From contig MU271325.1 of NCBI GenBank assembly GCA_021432655.1, positions 39,468-91,915 of the forward strand: DNA of 52,448 nucleotides, read 5' to 3'. The notes under the pieces were generated by a model, which saw nothing but the letters and a program-made list of their open reading frames with translations, ran no database searches and was not told where the DNA came from. Within the stretch, counting starts at the first letter, position 1. Every line of letters begins with the position of its first letter. Both the position numbers and the translations under genes were made by a program. Below are positions 36,665 through 49,804 of this stretch, one piece after another. Source of the stretch: Atractiella rhizophila. Lineage: Eukaryota.

Positions 36665-37003
36665 ATGTGATGTACGGGATAACGTGAAGGAGTACGCATT
36701 GATCAGACATGAAACATTATTATCATGTCTGACATTGCTACCGTTCCCTTTACACTATTGAACACTGAAAAAGCAGAATCGGGTTCATTTCGCTTATTGT
36801 GAACATTTTATGTAAATGATGAGGGGAACAAGTGATTGCAGAATTACGTCAAATATACATTCAAGTCTTCTTCACAATCAGTCAAAGTGTCACAACGAGA
36901 ATCGACGAATGCTAAGTCTATTAACATATCTCACTTTTTTTATCAGTCAAAATAGTTTACGATAACAACCAGCCGCAACCCCGAGAGGTCCATAGTTTTG
37001 AGA

Positions 37004-39330
37004 TCATTCGAAAACCACAGGCTCGCCCTTCCTGCCCTTGGAGAGCAAGACAACAGCGTATTTCTTTTCTCCAGTCATTAGCATCCACTTTATCCATCAG
37101 GTGAAAGAGAGAACATACGCCAGAGATTTTCCATCCAGGCTCTTCCTTGTCCAGTCTCTCAGCAACCTCTCCTGGCACGTTCACAACGACATCGGACTTG
37201 ATAGTTCTCAGAGACACGACTGGTGGTGCTCCAGGAGCAGAGGCCAGGGGACCAATGGCCACTTCGAATGGCGTGTTCGGAGGGGCGTGACAGTCGTACG
37301 TCAACTTCCTGTGATTGAGGTCTCCTTTGAAGATGACGAGGTCGGAGTCAGCAAGATGGAGGAAGAGATCCGGGGCCTCCTTCTGGAGCTCCCAGAACGT
37401 GTATCCGCTGTAAATCACAGGATCCAGTCATCAGTTGGAGTTCCATCAAACGAAAACGATGAGGTTGAGAAAGGGACACACGTAATCCAGAACGGATGAC
37501 TCTCGTAGACCCATCGCCCCTCTTTCTCGTACTGCTTCCACCTCTCCCCCATCTTCCTCAATGACGCGTATTCATCATTCGTCTGGTCTTTGAATAGATG
37601 TCCATAGACGCAGATGTTGAGAAGCCAAGACCAATCCTTCTTGGTGACGTCTATCCTCCCTTCTTCAAGACTTTTCTCCAAAGAGCAGGACAACGTACCA
37701 GAAACGAACCAGGCAAACTTCTTCCCATGGAAATGAATTTCGCTCGCGATCCCACTCTGAATCAACCAATCCGCGTATACTAGATCGCAATAGAGCTCGA
37801 ATCCAGCATTATCGAGCACAAAGTCGATCCGTCCACCTTTCATCTTGCTCACCACGTCCCATATTTCTTGTTTGTGGTTACCCAAAATGTTCTGCTCCGT
37901 CGCCGCCAAGTGATCGCCACCCGTCGACTGAAGCTTTTTGATATCCTCTTCCGTCATCTATCGGGAGGCCAAATTGGAACATTAGAATAAGCCGGAGGGA
38001 AGACGAACGTTGATGAGCAAAGAGAGATCAGTGGAGTTACCCCACAAGCAGACTTGGGTCAGTTCGTGGAAGAGGAGCCGGCGTTGCTGTTCCCATTACA
38101 ATCAGCGAACTGCTTAAATAGTGCCCACAAACATCGTGCAGAACTGAGCCATTCTTTCGACTTCATGCTTTCATGTCTCGTCGACAACATATCGTCCACT
38201 CTTCTCCACCACAGACAAGGAAAACAAACCTCTGTATTCTGCTCTTCTGTATTACCCTCTGCATACTTGAACGGCTGAGCAAATCTCAAAGAGAGTTCGA
38301 ATACGGCTTGCCCAGAACGGGAGAACGTTTCACATTTCTGCCTGTCCTCCGTCAACAACTCGCATTAATGACAGTATCTGGGCGACATATAAGGGAAATA
38401 AAGCGGACCTGAAAAAGACGTCGTAGTCTTGCCAGTACTTGGAGACGGAGAAACACTCGTGCAGCCTTCGATACTTGTAGGCTTCGGCAAACAACCAAGG
38501 AGCGTTCATGAAGTCCTTTCCCCTGAAATAACGCGCGATTTCCTTGTTCCAAAGGGGAATATCTCCCTCCCCATCATCAATACTATCCATTAAACCAAAC
38601 TCAACGCCCATTCATAGTCATAAAGAAGAGGCGCCAACGTACATAGGTCTCAGCTTTCTGTTGCTCGTCATATCCTCCATTAAATCTTCCATCCTTTCGA
38701 TACACTCCACCATATCCACCATGCGATCTTCATCGTGTTCCTCGTTCAACGTCTTCACAGCATCATCAATCGCCTTGCCTATGCCATTTATCTCAATCAT
38801 CGTCTTGAAATGAGCAGATGCAGGAAACGAACCTAAGATGGTCGGGAGCCGTTGACCCATAGTAGCGTGCGCGAAAGAGTACTCATGGTACCCACTAGCA
38901 CCAGGCGAGCCCAACTCAGTATTAGGAAATAGGGAAAAGGAGAGAAAGAACACACCGATAAGCTGGCCATGGCGGGTTATTGGGGTCGATCCTGCTTGGC
39001 GTCCTAGGATACTACCATATCGAATCAGCGTCACAGCTCCTGTGTAACAACAAAAGAATAGCTTGATGATAAGTGTATCATGGAAAGAACATTCAAGTGG
39101 CGAAAAGCAAAGGTAAAGAGGAAACACGAACGAGATGCTCTCCAAATCCCTTCTGCTTGGGTGGAAGAGAGGTAAGCAGAAGCTTCTTTGGTGCTTGGGA
39201 TAGGGGCTGGTCCGCCATTCTGCGTTTTGTTTATTTCGATGGTCGTTTTTTGGGGGATTGTGTCGATCGTGGCTCGTTTTTGAAGGACGCGTTCCCGTTG
39301 TTTAGGTTCTGCGTTGGGAAACGACGTCAT
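37004..39330 (-). CDS. Damage-control metal-dependent phosphatase, DUF89/ARMT1 family (yeast YMR027W-like); multi-exon; start uncertain
   Basis: SFAHATMGQRLPTIL, FMNAPWLFAEAYKYRRL, DYDVFFRQK, LWGNSTDLSL, IDFVLDNAGFELYCDL, FHGKKFAWFVSDVT, HPFW, DLVIFKGDLNHRKL, LRTIKSDVVV. Confidence 0.92.
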
Positions 39331-40059
39331 TCATCCGACCGATCGATGCATTGATGGCGTTGCGCCAACTTATTTATGGAGGATCTTGCTGGAAGCCTGC
39401 CTGTAAGCATGTGTGGCCGGGAAGATGAAAATTACCCCTCAAAAGCAATAGATACCTGGTGAGGTCATGCTGAGCTGTTCCTCTTCACTTTAGCAATCGC
39501 TTTGAGGCGTAAGGAACGTGTTTCCTGTTTGAGAGGAGGAGAGAAAGCTACTCAAAGCTGCTTTGCTTCGTGGGCGATTCACTCTGCCGCTCATACGGGT
39601 GCCTCATGCGAAGCTTTCCTTCCTAAGTGATGTGTTCATGACGAGTTCAAGCTTTCAAGTCGGCTGGCTCTTATCGTTCGTTGCATTTACAAAGCATCGC
39701 ACTATGCCGTATTGCTCGCTCGCTTGAGAAACCCACAGCTCAAAGTTCCCTATTGATGCCAATTGATTGTCGCTTTAATAGCTGGGAATGCTCCTGACTG
39801 TCACTGGAAGAAAAATGTCAATCGTCCCACGGAGCGGATAGTGTCTCCCCATGAAGCGAGATCGGTGCAAATGAAGAGCGAGGCAAGAGCGAGGCAAGGC
39901 TAAGTTGGCGCCAAGCTCTGAGGGAACGGCGAGAAGGGAAAGTTGGATGGTTGGGCTCAGGTTCAAATCCAGTCATGCGAAAAGCTTGGACATAATAGTT
40001 TCAGTGACCGTTACTGCAAATTATTGTTGTTTCGTCGTCACTGGAGTCTCATTCCTTTA

Positions 40060-43000
40060 TCATCCTCTCCATGCCTTCAGATTTTCCAAAAAGGTGTGAA
40101 GTGCGAGATAGCCGAAGCTTTTGACACCAAAAAGAACTTTGTCGTCTTGTGTTTCAAATTCTTCCAGCTGGCGTGCCCTGAACAACCATAAACGGATGAA
40201 AGATTGGGATGAAAAGGTGAAAACGTACATTATCCAAGCGTACCAAGCCCTGTGCAGGCGGTCCTCAACCGAGTTCTCGTCGTCGCCTTCAATATCATGC
40301 TGAACCTCGCGCGCCAACTCTTCCGTTTGCATCTTCAGCTGAGAGAGATACTCTTTCTGAACTCGACGATCAGAAATTCTCGCTATAATGGCTCCGACAA
40401 AAGCTTCTTCTTCCGACAATGGCTTTCCGCGATTAGAAAGCGTGTTGTTGTGGCAGATAACATCTAGCTGGCGAGCGAAATGAGACCAATATTCAAACAT
40501 CTCCTCTTCTACCTCCCCATCATGCACATAGACCAGATTCCTGCCCATGGATCGAAGCATGGCCATGGAGACAGAATCAAATGCTGAGTAACCGTACCGA
40601 GATGTGAAGGAATTCGGGAGCGTCCTCTCCTTCTTTGGGGGATGAAGCCTCAATTCTTGGTCCGGTATGGCCCGAAACAGTCTACCAAGAAGTCTAGAAG
40701 ACTCATAGTAAGCCTTATCGTCCCTGTCGGCTACGTATTCAGGTCGAAGGAAGTCAGGTCGAGCTTGGACTCGAGGGAGCTTTGTGGTAACGGGCACTCC
40801 TGTCTTCGGGAAGTCGACAGCGTGCGAGTGAAGTTCGGCGAGGTGGAGGCAATCATCGCAAGATGGGCCTAAAGGATTCTGATCGGCTAAGGCCAGCGAG
40901 GTAGTGGAAATCAATCCTAGGATGTCGGACGCTATATAGTTCACGACAAATTCTGCGATATCGCCTATGGTACTATCACGATCCAACGTAAGAGGTGGAA
41001 CAGGAGTGTAAGATGCTGGCTTTTTAGTGGATTTGGGGTGGAGGCGTCCATCCACAATGACGTTGTATATATCACCATCTAGAGTCTCGTTAGTCGCGAA
41101 ACTGTTTGACGGATACCCACCTAAATCACCGCCACCGAGACAAGAAGGTAGAGAGCGATCTCCGCGACAGGCGAACACCACACAGTTCTCCAGTGTTAGC
41201 AAAGGACATTGGGGCGGGAGTTGAGAAGGAGAGAGTGCCTGGACAAGCTGGATGTCCCCCGGATGCATTGTTGGGGACCTCGTGATTGCTACTTTGCCAA
41301 CAATATGCTCTATGGTGTCGTCAAAGTCGTGTCGGACAGCGGCATAGATCTCTCCTTCTTCCAGAACCCCCCACTCATCCGCAACCCCCAAAAGCGTATA
41401 TGACCCTGAAACGGGAATGCGAGCACGATGCTTCAGCTCTCGTAGAATATCGGCAGTAGCGATGCGAAGGACTTCGAGGAGAAACGGATCCTGGATTCGA
41501 CCCGCAGAAACCGTTGACCCCAAGTCCAGTTGGAGCAAGTGTTTCATGTTCCGAAGAATAGAGGCAACTTTGAAAGAATTTGCAAGTCCAAACTTTTTGA
41601 AGACTTCTGCCGCATGGTCCAGACTTTCTTTAATCGAAGAAACATCCCTGACTGCCTGGCGTTGAAGCTCCTCAATGGCCTCAGAGTTGGCTCCAAGGTG
41701 TTCCAAAATCTAGGGTTATATCAAGGAACCGACATTTCAGTTAGGGAAGGACGCACCTGCACGAGCGGCCTGTTGAGAAACATTGGCATCGGTTTCGTTG
41801 ACGTAGAAGCAACATTGAAATCCAAGGCGTCGGGGGCATCGAACTTCTCCTGAGAGGGGCGGATAAACAGACAGTCGCCAGTAAGGGTAGGATCCACTAC
41901 CATCACACCTTTTGCACCCCCTAAACGAAACTGAAAAACACTTGGAGTGAGCATTTGACCCCTCCTTTTCTTCCGCTTCAATTCTTGATGTTGTGAATGA
42001 ATCTTCTTAGCCAAAGAGGCAGACATAGTTCCAACTCCATCCGTAAAGAGTGTGCCATCTCGAGCAAAACGATCTGAAAGTGTTTTGAATATCAGGGACG
42101 AAGATAACTTAACGGTAGGCACTGTCGCCGTGAAAACTTGGGCGAGACGCGCGCCATACTTGGCAGGTTTCTGTATGCATTCTGTGAAGGACCCCAAAGA
42201 AGCTCTGATTGTGTCCGCATCGTGACGACGCCCATCAGGAGTTGTAAAGGGAGTGACAAACCAAACTCCATGGTCTCGTAAAGCAGAAGACGAGTAGCCA
42301 AGAAATTGGTAAGTTCGACCCATCACAAGGATTCCGTCTTGCAATCTTGGGAGAAAGCAGTCTCTAACGAACCCAGCATGATCGATGTCTTTATCATATC
42401 TTATAGAAGAAAGATCCTCTTCCCGAAAGGAAACACGAAGGAACCGGTCATGGCAAGTGGGAAACCTGCGAAGCAGGTCATTTGACTGGTCTATTAAGGG
42501 TCCTTCCATCGTGAAAGCGGAAGGCGTCACATAGAGGTGATAGGACTTGAAAATCCCTCCTGACCCAGGGCTTGTCGACTTCATCGGGCGTTGACCGTGC
42601 TCGATAGCTGAAAGATGTTTCTGTAGAGGTGTCTGCATGCCTTCAGCTGTAAGAGCTTTCTCGTCCTTGATGCTGAGATCGATAGAACCAATAATGTCAG
42701 CCGCATTTAACTCTCCTACTCTCCCGCGCAGAGAATCAATGTAGCTCTGCTCCGCCAGAACCTCTTGCGGCGTAAACCAACCGTTTCGACACATCCGCTC
42801 GATTTGAAATGCAATTTTGGGTGGAAGGTGACCCAACCATCTGTTGAGGTCGTTTATAACTGACTCTGAAAAATGATGCTCAAGTCCTATCAAATTTCGA
42901 TCTCTTTCCATCTTGGGGAGCTGAAACTTCTTCCCACGGGAATGCGTGCACGATGCTTCAGCTCTCGTAGAATATCGGCAGTAGCGATGTGAAGGACTTC

Positions 43001-45360
43001 GAGGAGAAACGGATCCTGGATTCGACCCGCAGAAACCGTTGAACCCAAGTCCAGTTGGAGTAAATGTTTCATGTTTCGAAGAATAGAGGCAACTTTGAAA
43101 GAATTTGCAAGTCCAAACTTTTTGAAGACTTCCGCCGCATGGTCCAAACTTTCTGTAATCGAAGAAACATCCCTGACTGCCTGACGTTGAAGCTCCTCAA
43201 TGGCCTCAGAGTTGGCTCCAAGGTGTTCCAAAATCTAGAGTTATATCAAGGAACCGACATTTCAGTTAGGGAAGGACGCACCTGCACAAGCGGCCTGTTG
43301 AGAAACATTGGCATCGGTTTCGTTGATGTAGAAGCAACATTGAAATCCAAGGCATCGGGGGCATCGAACTTCTCCTGAGAGGGGCGGATAAACAGACAGT
43401 CCCCAGTAAGGGTAGGATCCACTACCACCACACCTTTTGCACCGCCTAAGCGAAACTGAAAAACACTTGGAGTGAGCATTTGACCCCTCCTTTTCTTTCG
43501 CTTCAATTCTTGATGTTGTGAATGAATCTTCTTAGCCAAAGAGGCCGACATAGTTCCAACTCCATCAGTAAAGAGTGTGCCATCTCGAGCAAATCGATCT
43601 GAAAGTGTTTTGAATATCTGGGATGAAGATAACTTGACGGTAGGCACTGTCGCCGTGAAAACTTGGGCGAGACGCGCGCCATACTTGGCAGGTTTCTGTA
43701 TGCATTCCGTGAAGGACCCTAACGAAGCTCTGATTGTGTCCGCATCGTGACGACGCCCATCAGGAGTTGTAAAAGGAGTGACAAACCAAACTCCATGGTC
43801 TCGTAAAGCAGAAGACGAGTAGCCAAGAAATTGGTAAGTTCGACCCATCACAAGGATTCCGTCTTGCAATCTTGGGAGAAAGCAGTCTCTAACGAACCCA
43901 GCATGATCGATGTCTTTATCGTATCTTATAGAAGAAAGGTCCTCTTCCCGAAAGGAAACACGAAGGAACCGGTCATGGCAAGTGGGAAACCTGCGAAGCA
44001 GGTCATTTGACTGGTCTATTAAGGGTCCTTCCATCGTGAAAGCGGAAGGCGTCACATAGAGGTGATAGGACTTGAAAATCCCTCCTGACCCAGGGCTTGT
44101 CGACTTCATCGGGCGTTGACCGTGCTCGATAGCTGAAAGATGTTTCTGTAGAGGTGTCTGCATGCCTTCAGCTGTAAGAGCTTTCTCGTCCTTGATGCTG
44201 AGATCGATAGAACCAATAATGTCAGCCGCATTTAACTCTCCTACTCTCCCGCGCAGAGAATCAATGTAGCTCTGCTCCGCCAGAACCTCTTGCGGCGTAA
44301 ACCAACCGTTTCGACACATCCGCTCGATTTGAAATGCAATTTTGGGTGGAAGGTGACCCAACCATCTGTTGAGGTCGTTTATAACTGACTCTGAAAAATG
44401 ATGCTCAAGTCCTATCAAATTTCGATCTCTTTCCATCTTGGGGAGCTGAAACTTCTTCCCGAGACGAGAGAAAGAGCTAACGGCAGCTTGGCTTGCAAAA
44501 GAGACCAGAATGTTCAAATTAGCCAGGCTTGCGGTTTTCGAGTGGGTTTCGGACAGAGATGGCAGTCGCCTTCGTACTGGTTTCACCGTATTGAAGAGAT
44601 CGGAGAGGTCTAATTGACCAAAAAGAGTTTCTACAGCTAACGCGGTATCATTTGGCAGATGATAGTAAGCTGGCGGCGCATCCAGCACCATGATGGCATT
44701 TCCTACGACCTAATCAAGCCCTCAGTAGATCCTTAATCCCAAGACAAAAGAACATGCCTCGTCAAGGAGAATAGCGCGCACTTTAGACTTCTTTAAAGCA
44801 ACCTCCGTGCGAGAGTGGTCATCTCGAATGACCACTTCTTTCCTGAGTGGAGCGAAATATATTGATAAGGATCCGTTTAGTCCATCAACCTTATGTGCAG
44901 GTAAGAATTTCCAGCTTGTATCTACCTTCCCGAACTGCATGAATTCCAGGTGAATGCGTTCGTCAAACACCGCGTTCTCTTGTTCCTCAATCTCCTGTTT
45001 TTTCGGGTCAATGTAAGGTGTCTGCTTCAAATGTTGAACGAGCCCTTCGTCTGGACGACCGTGGGTTTTGTTGTTGACCTGAAACTCAATTCGCCGATTC
45101 AAAACTAGGACTGGCATCTGGTTGGCGACAATGTTCAAAAAGTATTTTGAAACATCCTCAAACGGAATGACGAGACGCCCCGATTTGTTGCGTGATCGGC
45201 GTCCATTTCTGCCATGACTGGAGAACACGGTGACCCTGAAGTTCACAGGAGGTCCTGGATGAATAGCACGACAAGCGTCGCTGTGAAGCACAGTTGCAAT
45301 CTGGCGGATAACCTGGTGATCGCTTGCACTGTTAGGAATACTGCGCATGAAAATATCCAT
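40060..45360 (-). CDS. Eukaryotic (RNAi-type) RNA-dependent RNA polymerase; interrupted as assembled by a frameshifting internal tandem duplication
   Basis: RFLRVSFREE, YQFLGYSSSALRDHGVWF, PAKYGARLAQVFT, FTDGVGTMS, PSVFQFRLGGAKG, LNRPLV, GVADEWGVLEEGEIY, ITRSPTMHPGDIQ, CVVF...RSLPSCLGGGDLDGD (after splicing), LAELHSHAVDFPKTG, RPDF, YYES.RLLGRLFR. Confidence 0.93.
41411..44460 (-). repeat. 1525-bp head-to-tail tandem duplication inside the RdRP (41411-42935 and 42936-44460)
   Basis: Junction ...AACTTCTTCCC|ACGGGAATGCG at 42935/42936; about 30 substitutions between the units by manual comparison, no indels seen. Confidence 0.96.
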
Positions 45361-47235
45361 GTCTTCACTACTTCGCAAGTATTACGAGTATCGTGAAAGC
45401 TGCAAGACCTTGGGGGGGCACACTCAAGCCAAGCCCGCTCTTTTTGTCATCTTGCGGGGCGGCGACGGCGACGACACAAAAGACGTGCTGATCATGGATG
45501 ACCCAAATGTTGTGGCGGTGGCGTCCACTAGTGGCTCAAAGACGGAGAAGGGTAAATTCTCGACTAATGAATACCGAACAGCCATTTCAAGTAAACCATG
45601 TACTGGATAACAAAAGAATGTTTCTATCTGCGCTTCAGCGCCTCACCTTTGTCTTAGACAACATTGGTGTGCCATTGTCGACAATCCCCAACTTTGGGCA
45701 CGGGCAATCACTACAATCTGCTAAATCTGGTTTCCAAAAGAACATGTGTCGCAGTCAGGGTTTCCTGTTAAGCCTTCTAATTCAGGGATAACATTTCCCA
45801 TCAGTGCTCACGTAAGCACAGCACAATATGTTGCCTGCTTCGCGTCTGGAGAGCTCATGCTGTTGAGCGTTCTATGGGTACAGAGCATGCACTCGAGCAG
45901 GTAGACCGAAGCAAGTGATACTATTTGCGATGCAGTGTTACAACCCTGCGCGCTTCAGCGCATTGTACTCAACTGAGCCTCATTCTGCTGATTTCATGAA
46001 AGGAGGAGTGGTTAATGTGATTTTCCCCATTCCTTTTGATCAAGTTCACAGCAACGATCGATATTAATGATAAGTAACCCGTGCCATGCCAAAGACGGAT
46101 TACAATTCCCTTGCAATTGCCCAGAGTAGAACCTTCCCAAGACATTATCGCACAAGACACTGACCTAGATAAGGGACGACCTTGTCCCGGTTGCCTCTGC
46201 CTCAATATATATTACCTTCCAGCTTCCAGGCCCCGACACCATTCGTGATAACCCCATTGCAGTAGCCCAGCTAGCTGTTTTGCGTGTCTTCAATTTGACA
46301 CTGTGAGGATTCAGTGACTTTACAGTGACGGCGAGATGAGGGAAGTGGGAAGTCTCTTGTTCCCCTGGTTTATCGCCGACCAGCTCCGAAGTGAAAGCAT
46401 GGTCCATTTCAGAATGTGGCCCACACGTTGGAAACGTCAAGTGTGCAAGGCTCCCAGGAGGATCCACGATAACAGTGAGCCCACTTCCACCATCGGCGTT
46501 GAACCCCTTCGTGTCAAAGGACCTATGTCGCCCTCCACCAAATGCCCTCAAAAGCAAACGTAATCTGCTGCACTATGTACTGTCCCCGATTGATTCCAAT
46601 GAGGACGCTGCGATACTTTCAGGGAGCTACAAAGAGGATTGGAAATGGAAGAGAAAGAAGGTATTATCAGAGTCAACTATCAAGATTCGGGTGTAAAGGG
46701 GATGCTAGGTTTATTAACGGAAGTCATTCGAAGGATGACGTTAGGAGGGTAGTGACAAAATGGAGAACACATTGGGAGAAGGAAAGGAAAGTTTCAAGCA
46801 GCCATAACCAGAAGAAGAATAAGGTTTACGTCAACTTGTTGTCTGTTATGTTGTTTCCAATGCATCTTTCTTCGTGTACCCCCCGGTTTTGAATTTTTCA
46901 CAGTTCAAAATGATAATCATCTTTCGAAGAATCTGTATTATATTTGCCAATTGTCGCCTAATACAGTCTAATACTGACTTCCCAGAGGAAGCTATTCGAT
47001 GCTGGGCAAGACATGTTGTTGGATCGAGGTCCCTTTATCCATACCAACTTATAATGTTCATCAATCTTCTCAATTTTGCCACAAAAGAACATATTTATGG
47101 CTTGCGGGACGCCAAAACAACATGAGAGTCAATCAAAAAGATGCTCGGGGAGCATGTATTATCCTGAAATCCACATAAGTTAATATACCTGACGCATAAA
47201 AGTTGGCTACAAAGCAGATGAAGAATCCGTAACAT

Positions 47236-49088
47236 CTAGCCCTCATTAAAGCCATTGACAACTGGTGCGTACCCTCCCTTCCCACCCGACGGTACTGCGC
47301 TCATAAGCGGCCGGGTTTCGTTATAACTCGTCCCTGTGTTCTCATTCTCTTCGTCCTCTAATCCCCTGCCTGAACGCTTATATAACTTTCCACGATCTCG
47401 ATATCGCTTCCCGAAATAAATTCCTCCGCCAATCAGAGCAAGAACGACTATTCCAACTGCTGTAAAGACACCAGCGACGGCACCTTTGTTGTCCCAGAAT
47501 GAATCTTTGTTTTGTGAAAGACCACCTCGAACAGGCGCGACGGTGCCAACGAAGGGGAGGACGGTCGACACCTTTGGTTAGGTTAATAAGAGCCGTCAAT
47601 GGCAGCGGAAGACTTACCCATGTAGACGTCGTAAAATCTACCACAGTCTGTCCACCTCCTGGTAGTTGCTCCGTCGACTCCACACTAGTGAAGTCATGTC
47701 ATCAAGTCAGACTGTAGCACAATCTGAGTGACATACACAGTAGGGACTCCGGTCACTGTAGTAGCGTAAAAAGTGGTCAACACTCCACCCTTCACGGAAC
47801 CATCGGTTGTCGATATAGAGGTAAAAGCGGAAGGCCAGGACTCGGTTGGGATGCCATTGAGGAAGGTAGTAGGGCGAGTTGTCCAGTCTGAATCGGCGTT
47901 GGTGGTCCCTGCAGATGTGTTTACAGGGAGGAAAACGTTGGTCGCGATGCTGGTTGGAAACCAGGTGGAGTTGGAGAAGATCGAATTTGCGGACGAGGTA
48001 GAGGTAGTGTATTGCGTGGTGCTGGAGGAGCTCACGGTAGTCGTTGTGAGAGTGATGTTAGCTGAGGAGGTGATCGACGATATGGAGGTGCTGGAGAACG
48101 AAGAACTGGGATCAGACGTGTTCAGCGTCGTCGCTACGTTGATAGGAGGCAGAATCGTAGAAGACACGTTAAAAGCGGTTGTCGTAGGGTTCAGAGAAGA
48201 GGTAGTGGAGAGCGTGAATGAAGTCGATGATGATGAATTAAGCAAAGTTGAGGAGGCAAAGGAGCCAGTTAGAGTTTCGGAAAATGTTGCCGAAGTTGTA
48301 AATGTCGAGGTATCAATACCAGACGAAGTTGAGAAAGTCGAAATAGAATCCAATGAAGTTAATGTGGACGAGGATGAAGAAAGGATAGTGATATCAACCG
48401 AGGGCGAAGACGGAGTATATACAGAAGTTGGATCGGTCGGAACAGGCGAATTGAAAGCAGTCGAAGTCGAGAAATCGTCAGCGGTCTCGCTCGCGCGTTC
48501 AGAAGTCGAAGACGCACCACCACCTGTTGCAGAGGACTCAGTCTCGCTCCCATTCATGTTCGTGCTAGTGAAGATCCCACCTGACGGCGTAGGCGTTTGC
48601 TCCTGTTCAGACGTGGATGTCGGCGTGGGATCTGTGGAGGATGACGTTGGAGTAGGACGCGGCGAAGGAATGTCACTCGTCCCTGGGCCGTCGTTGCTGG
48701 GACCTGGCGTCGGGGTAGAATCTGGCGTCTTCGAGTCGGGCGATGAATCGGGACTCGAGTCTGGCGATTCAGCAGAGTCCGGCGAGGGCTTTGGGCTCGA
48801 ATCTGGTGTATCTACTGAGTCAGGGGAAGGAGAGTTGGCAGGAGAATCAGCCGTGGAATCAGCTGAGCCTGATGGATCTGTGTTACCAGCTTCTTAGTTC
48901 TTGACCTGGAAACTGAGAACTTTGGGTATGCAACCAAAGAGCAAACATCACAGACGAACCAGGAGTCTGCACAGTGTCACGCTCAAGCAGCGTGACAGCA
49001 GGACACGAAACATGTATAAGAAGTTGAACCCACCTTGCCTCTTCTCCAACCACATCTCTGCCTTGAAATCCTCGCGCAGTCCCAGCAT
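47236..49088 (-). CDS. Ser/Thr/Pro-rich mucin-like single-pass cell-surface protein (Mid2/Msb2-like architecture); start uncertain
   Basis: SPDS-repeat segment followed by a ~300-aa Ser/Thr-rich exon, then FWDNKGAVAGVFTAVGIVVLALIGGGIYF transmembrane helix, basic stop-transfer KRYRDRGK and a short tail; TATA-like TATAAA on the minus strand near 49151-49156. Confidence 0.75.
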
Positions 49089-49804
49089 TACAACGTTCCC
49101 CAGATGTTCGGTCCCAAAGCAAAGGCGAGAAATGAAAAGACAGGATGCCGTTTATAAGGCCTTCACAGCATTGGCGTGCATTGGCGATCTTAGGAATCGA
49201 CTCTTCTTCCGACCACGCGAAGGCGATCGTGGCGGAGCAAAAGAACCACCAATCTCCGACCGCAATTTCCTAACAACAAATGAATGATGTTTTGCTTTCT
49301 TCGCCAGCTAAATGATACATTAATGATGCCCTGGAACTTTGCAGGGCGGACCTAGTGCAGCTGTAGTCACTCAATGCACTATCAATGCACCATCACCCAA
49401 AACAGTGCAGAGTTAGATCAGTTTAGGGACGATTTTTGGCTCCGCAGCAGTCAACATTTAGTGCAGTCAGTGCAGGTCAGTGCCTAGTCGGTGTTTTTTG
49501 CTTAAATTGTATATCTGGTGCTTTTAGTGTGCAGTCTGTGCTAAGTCAGTGTCGCTTTCGTGCTTGAGATTACTGCTCTGCAGTGCCTTCGTAGTGTCTT
49601 TGCAGTGTTGCTCCAGGGGGCATCCAGTCTCTGCTCAGATACACCGAAATACTATGAAATGCATGCTTTGCACTCCCTATCTTTGTCTCCACTACACTAC
49701 ACCATCACCCCATGCAGTGCCAGCTCCTTCAATGTCGCCATAGTACCCTCAATCAGGTGATCCACCTCGCTCCTTCTCTGATCGTCGTCGTGATAGCTGT
49801 CCGT

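Noticed and set aside
39327..39468. Possible spliced 28-codon uORF whose TGA overlaps the ARMT1-like ATG (ATGA)
   Set aside because: A TATA-like CATAAATA lies between the two ATGs, so the upstream ATG may not be transcribed; the true start is itself uncertain.
41411..44460. RIP-like mutation between the duplicated units
   Set aside because: Differences run in both directions, include many transversions and are mostly synonymous, unlike directional C-to-T hypermutation.
40060..45360. RdRP as an endogenous viral element
   Set aside because: It has the cellular DxDGD-type motifs and spliceosomal introns, not a viral GDD palm polymerase.
45900..47130. Several short ORFs between the RdRP and the surface-protein gene
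   Set aside because: No recognisable motifs or consistent splice structure; possibly decayed sequence, but not supportable.
47773..48897. 374-aa Val/Glu-rich ORF on the + strand
   Set aside because: Antisense shadow of the Ser/Thr-rich exon of the minus-strand surface protein; Ser/Thr/Pro codons leave the opposite frame stop-poor.
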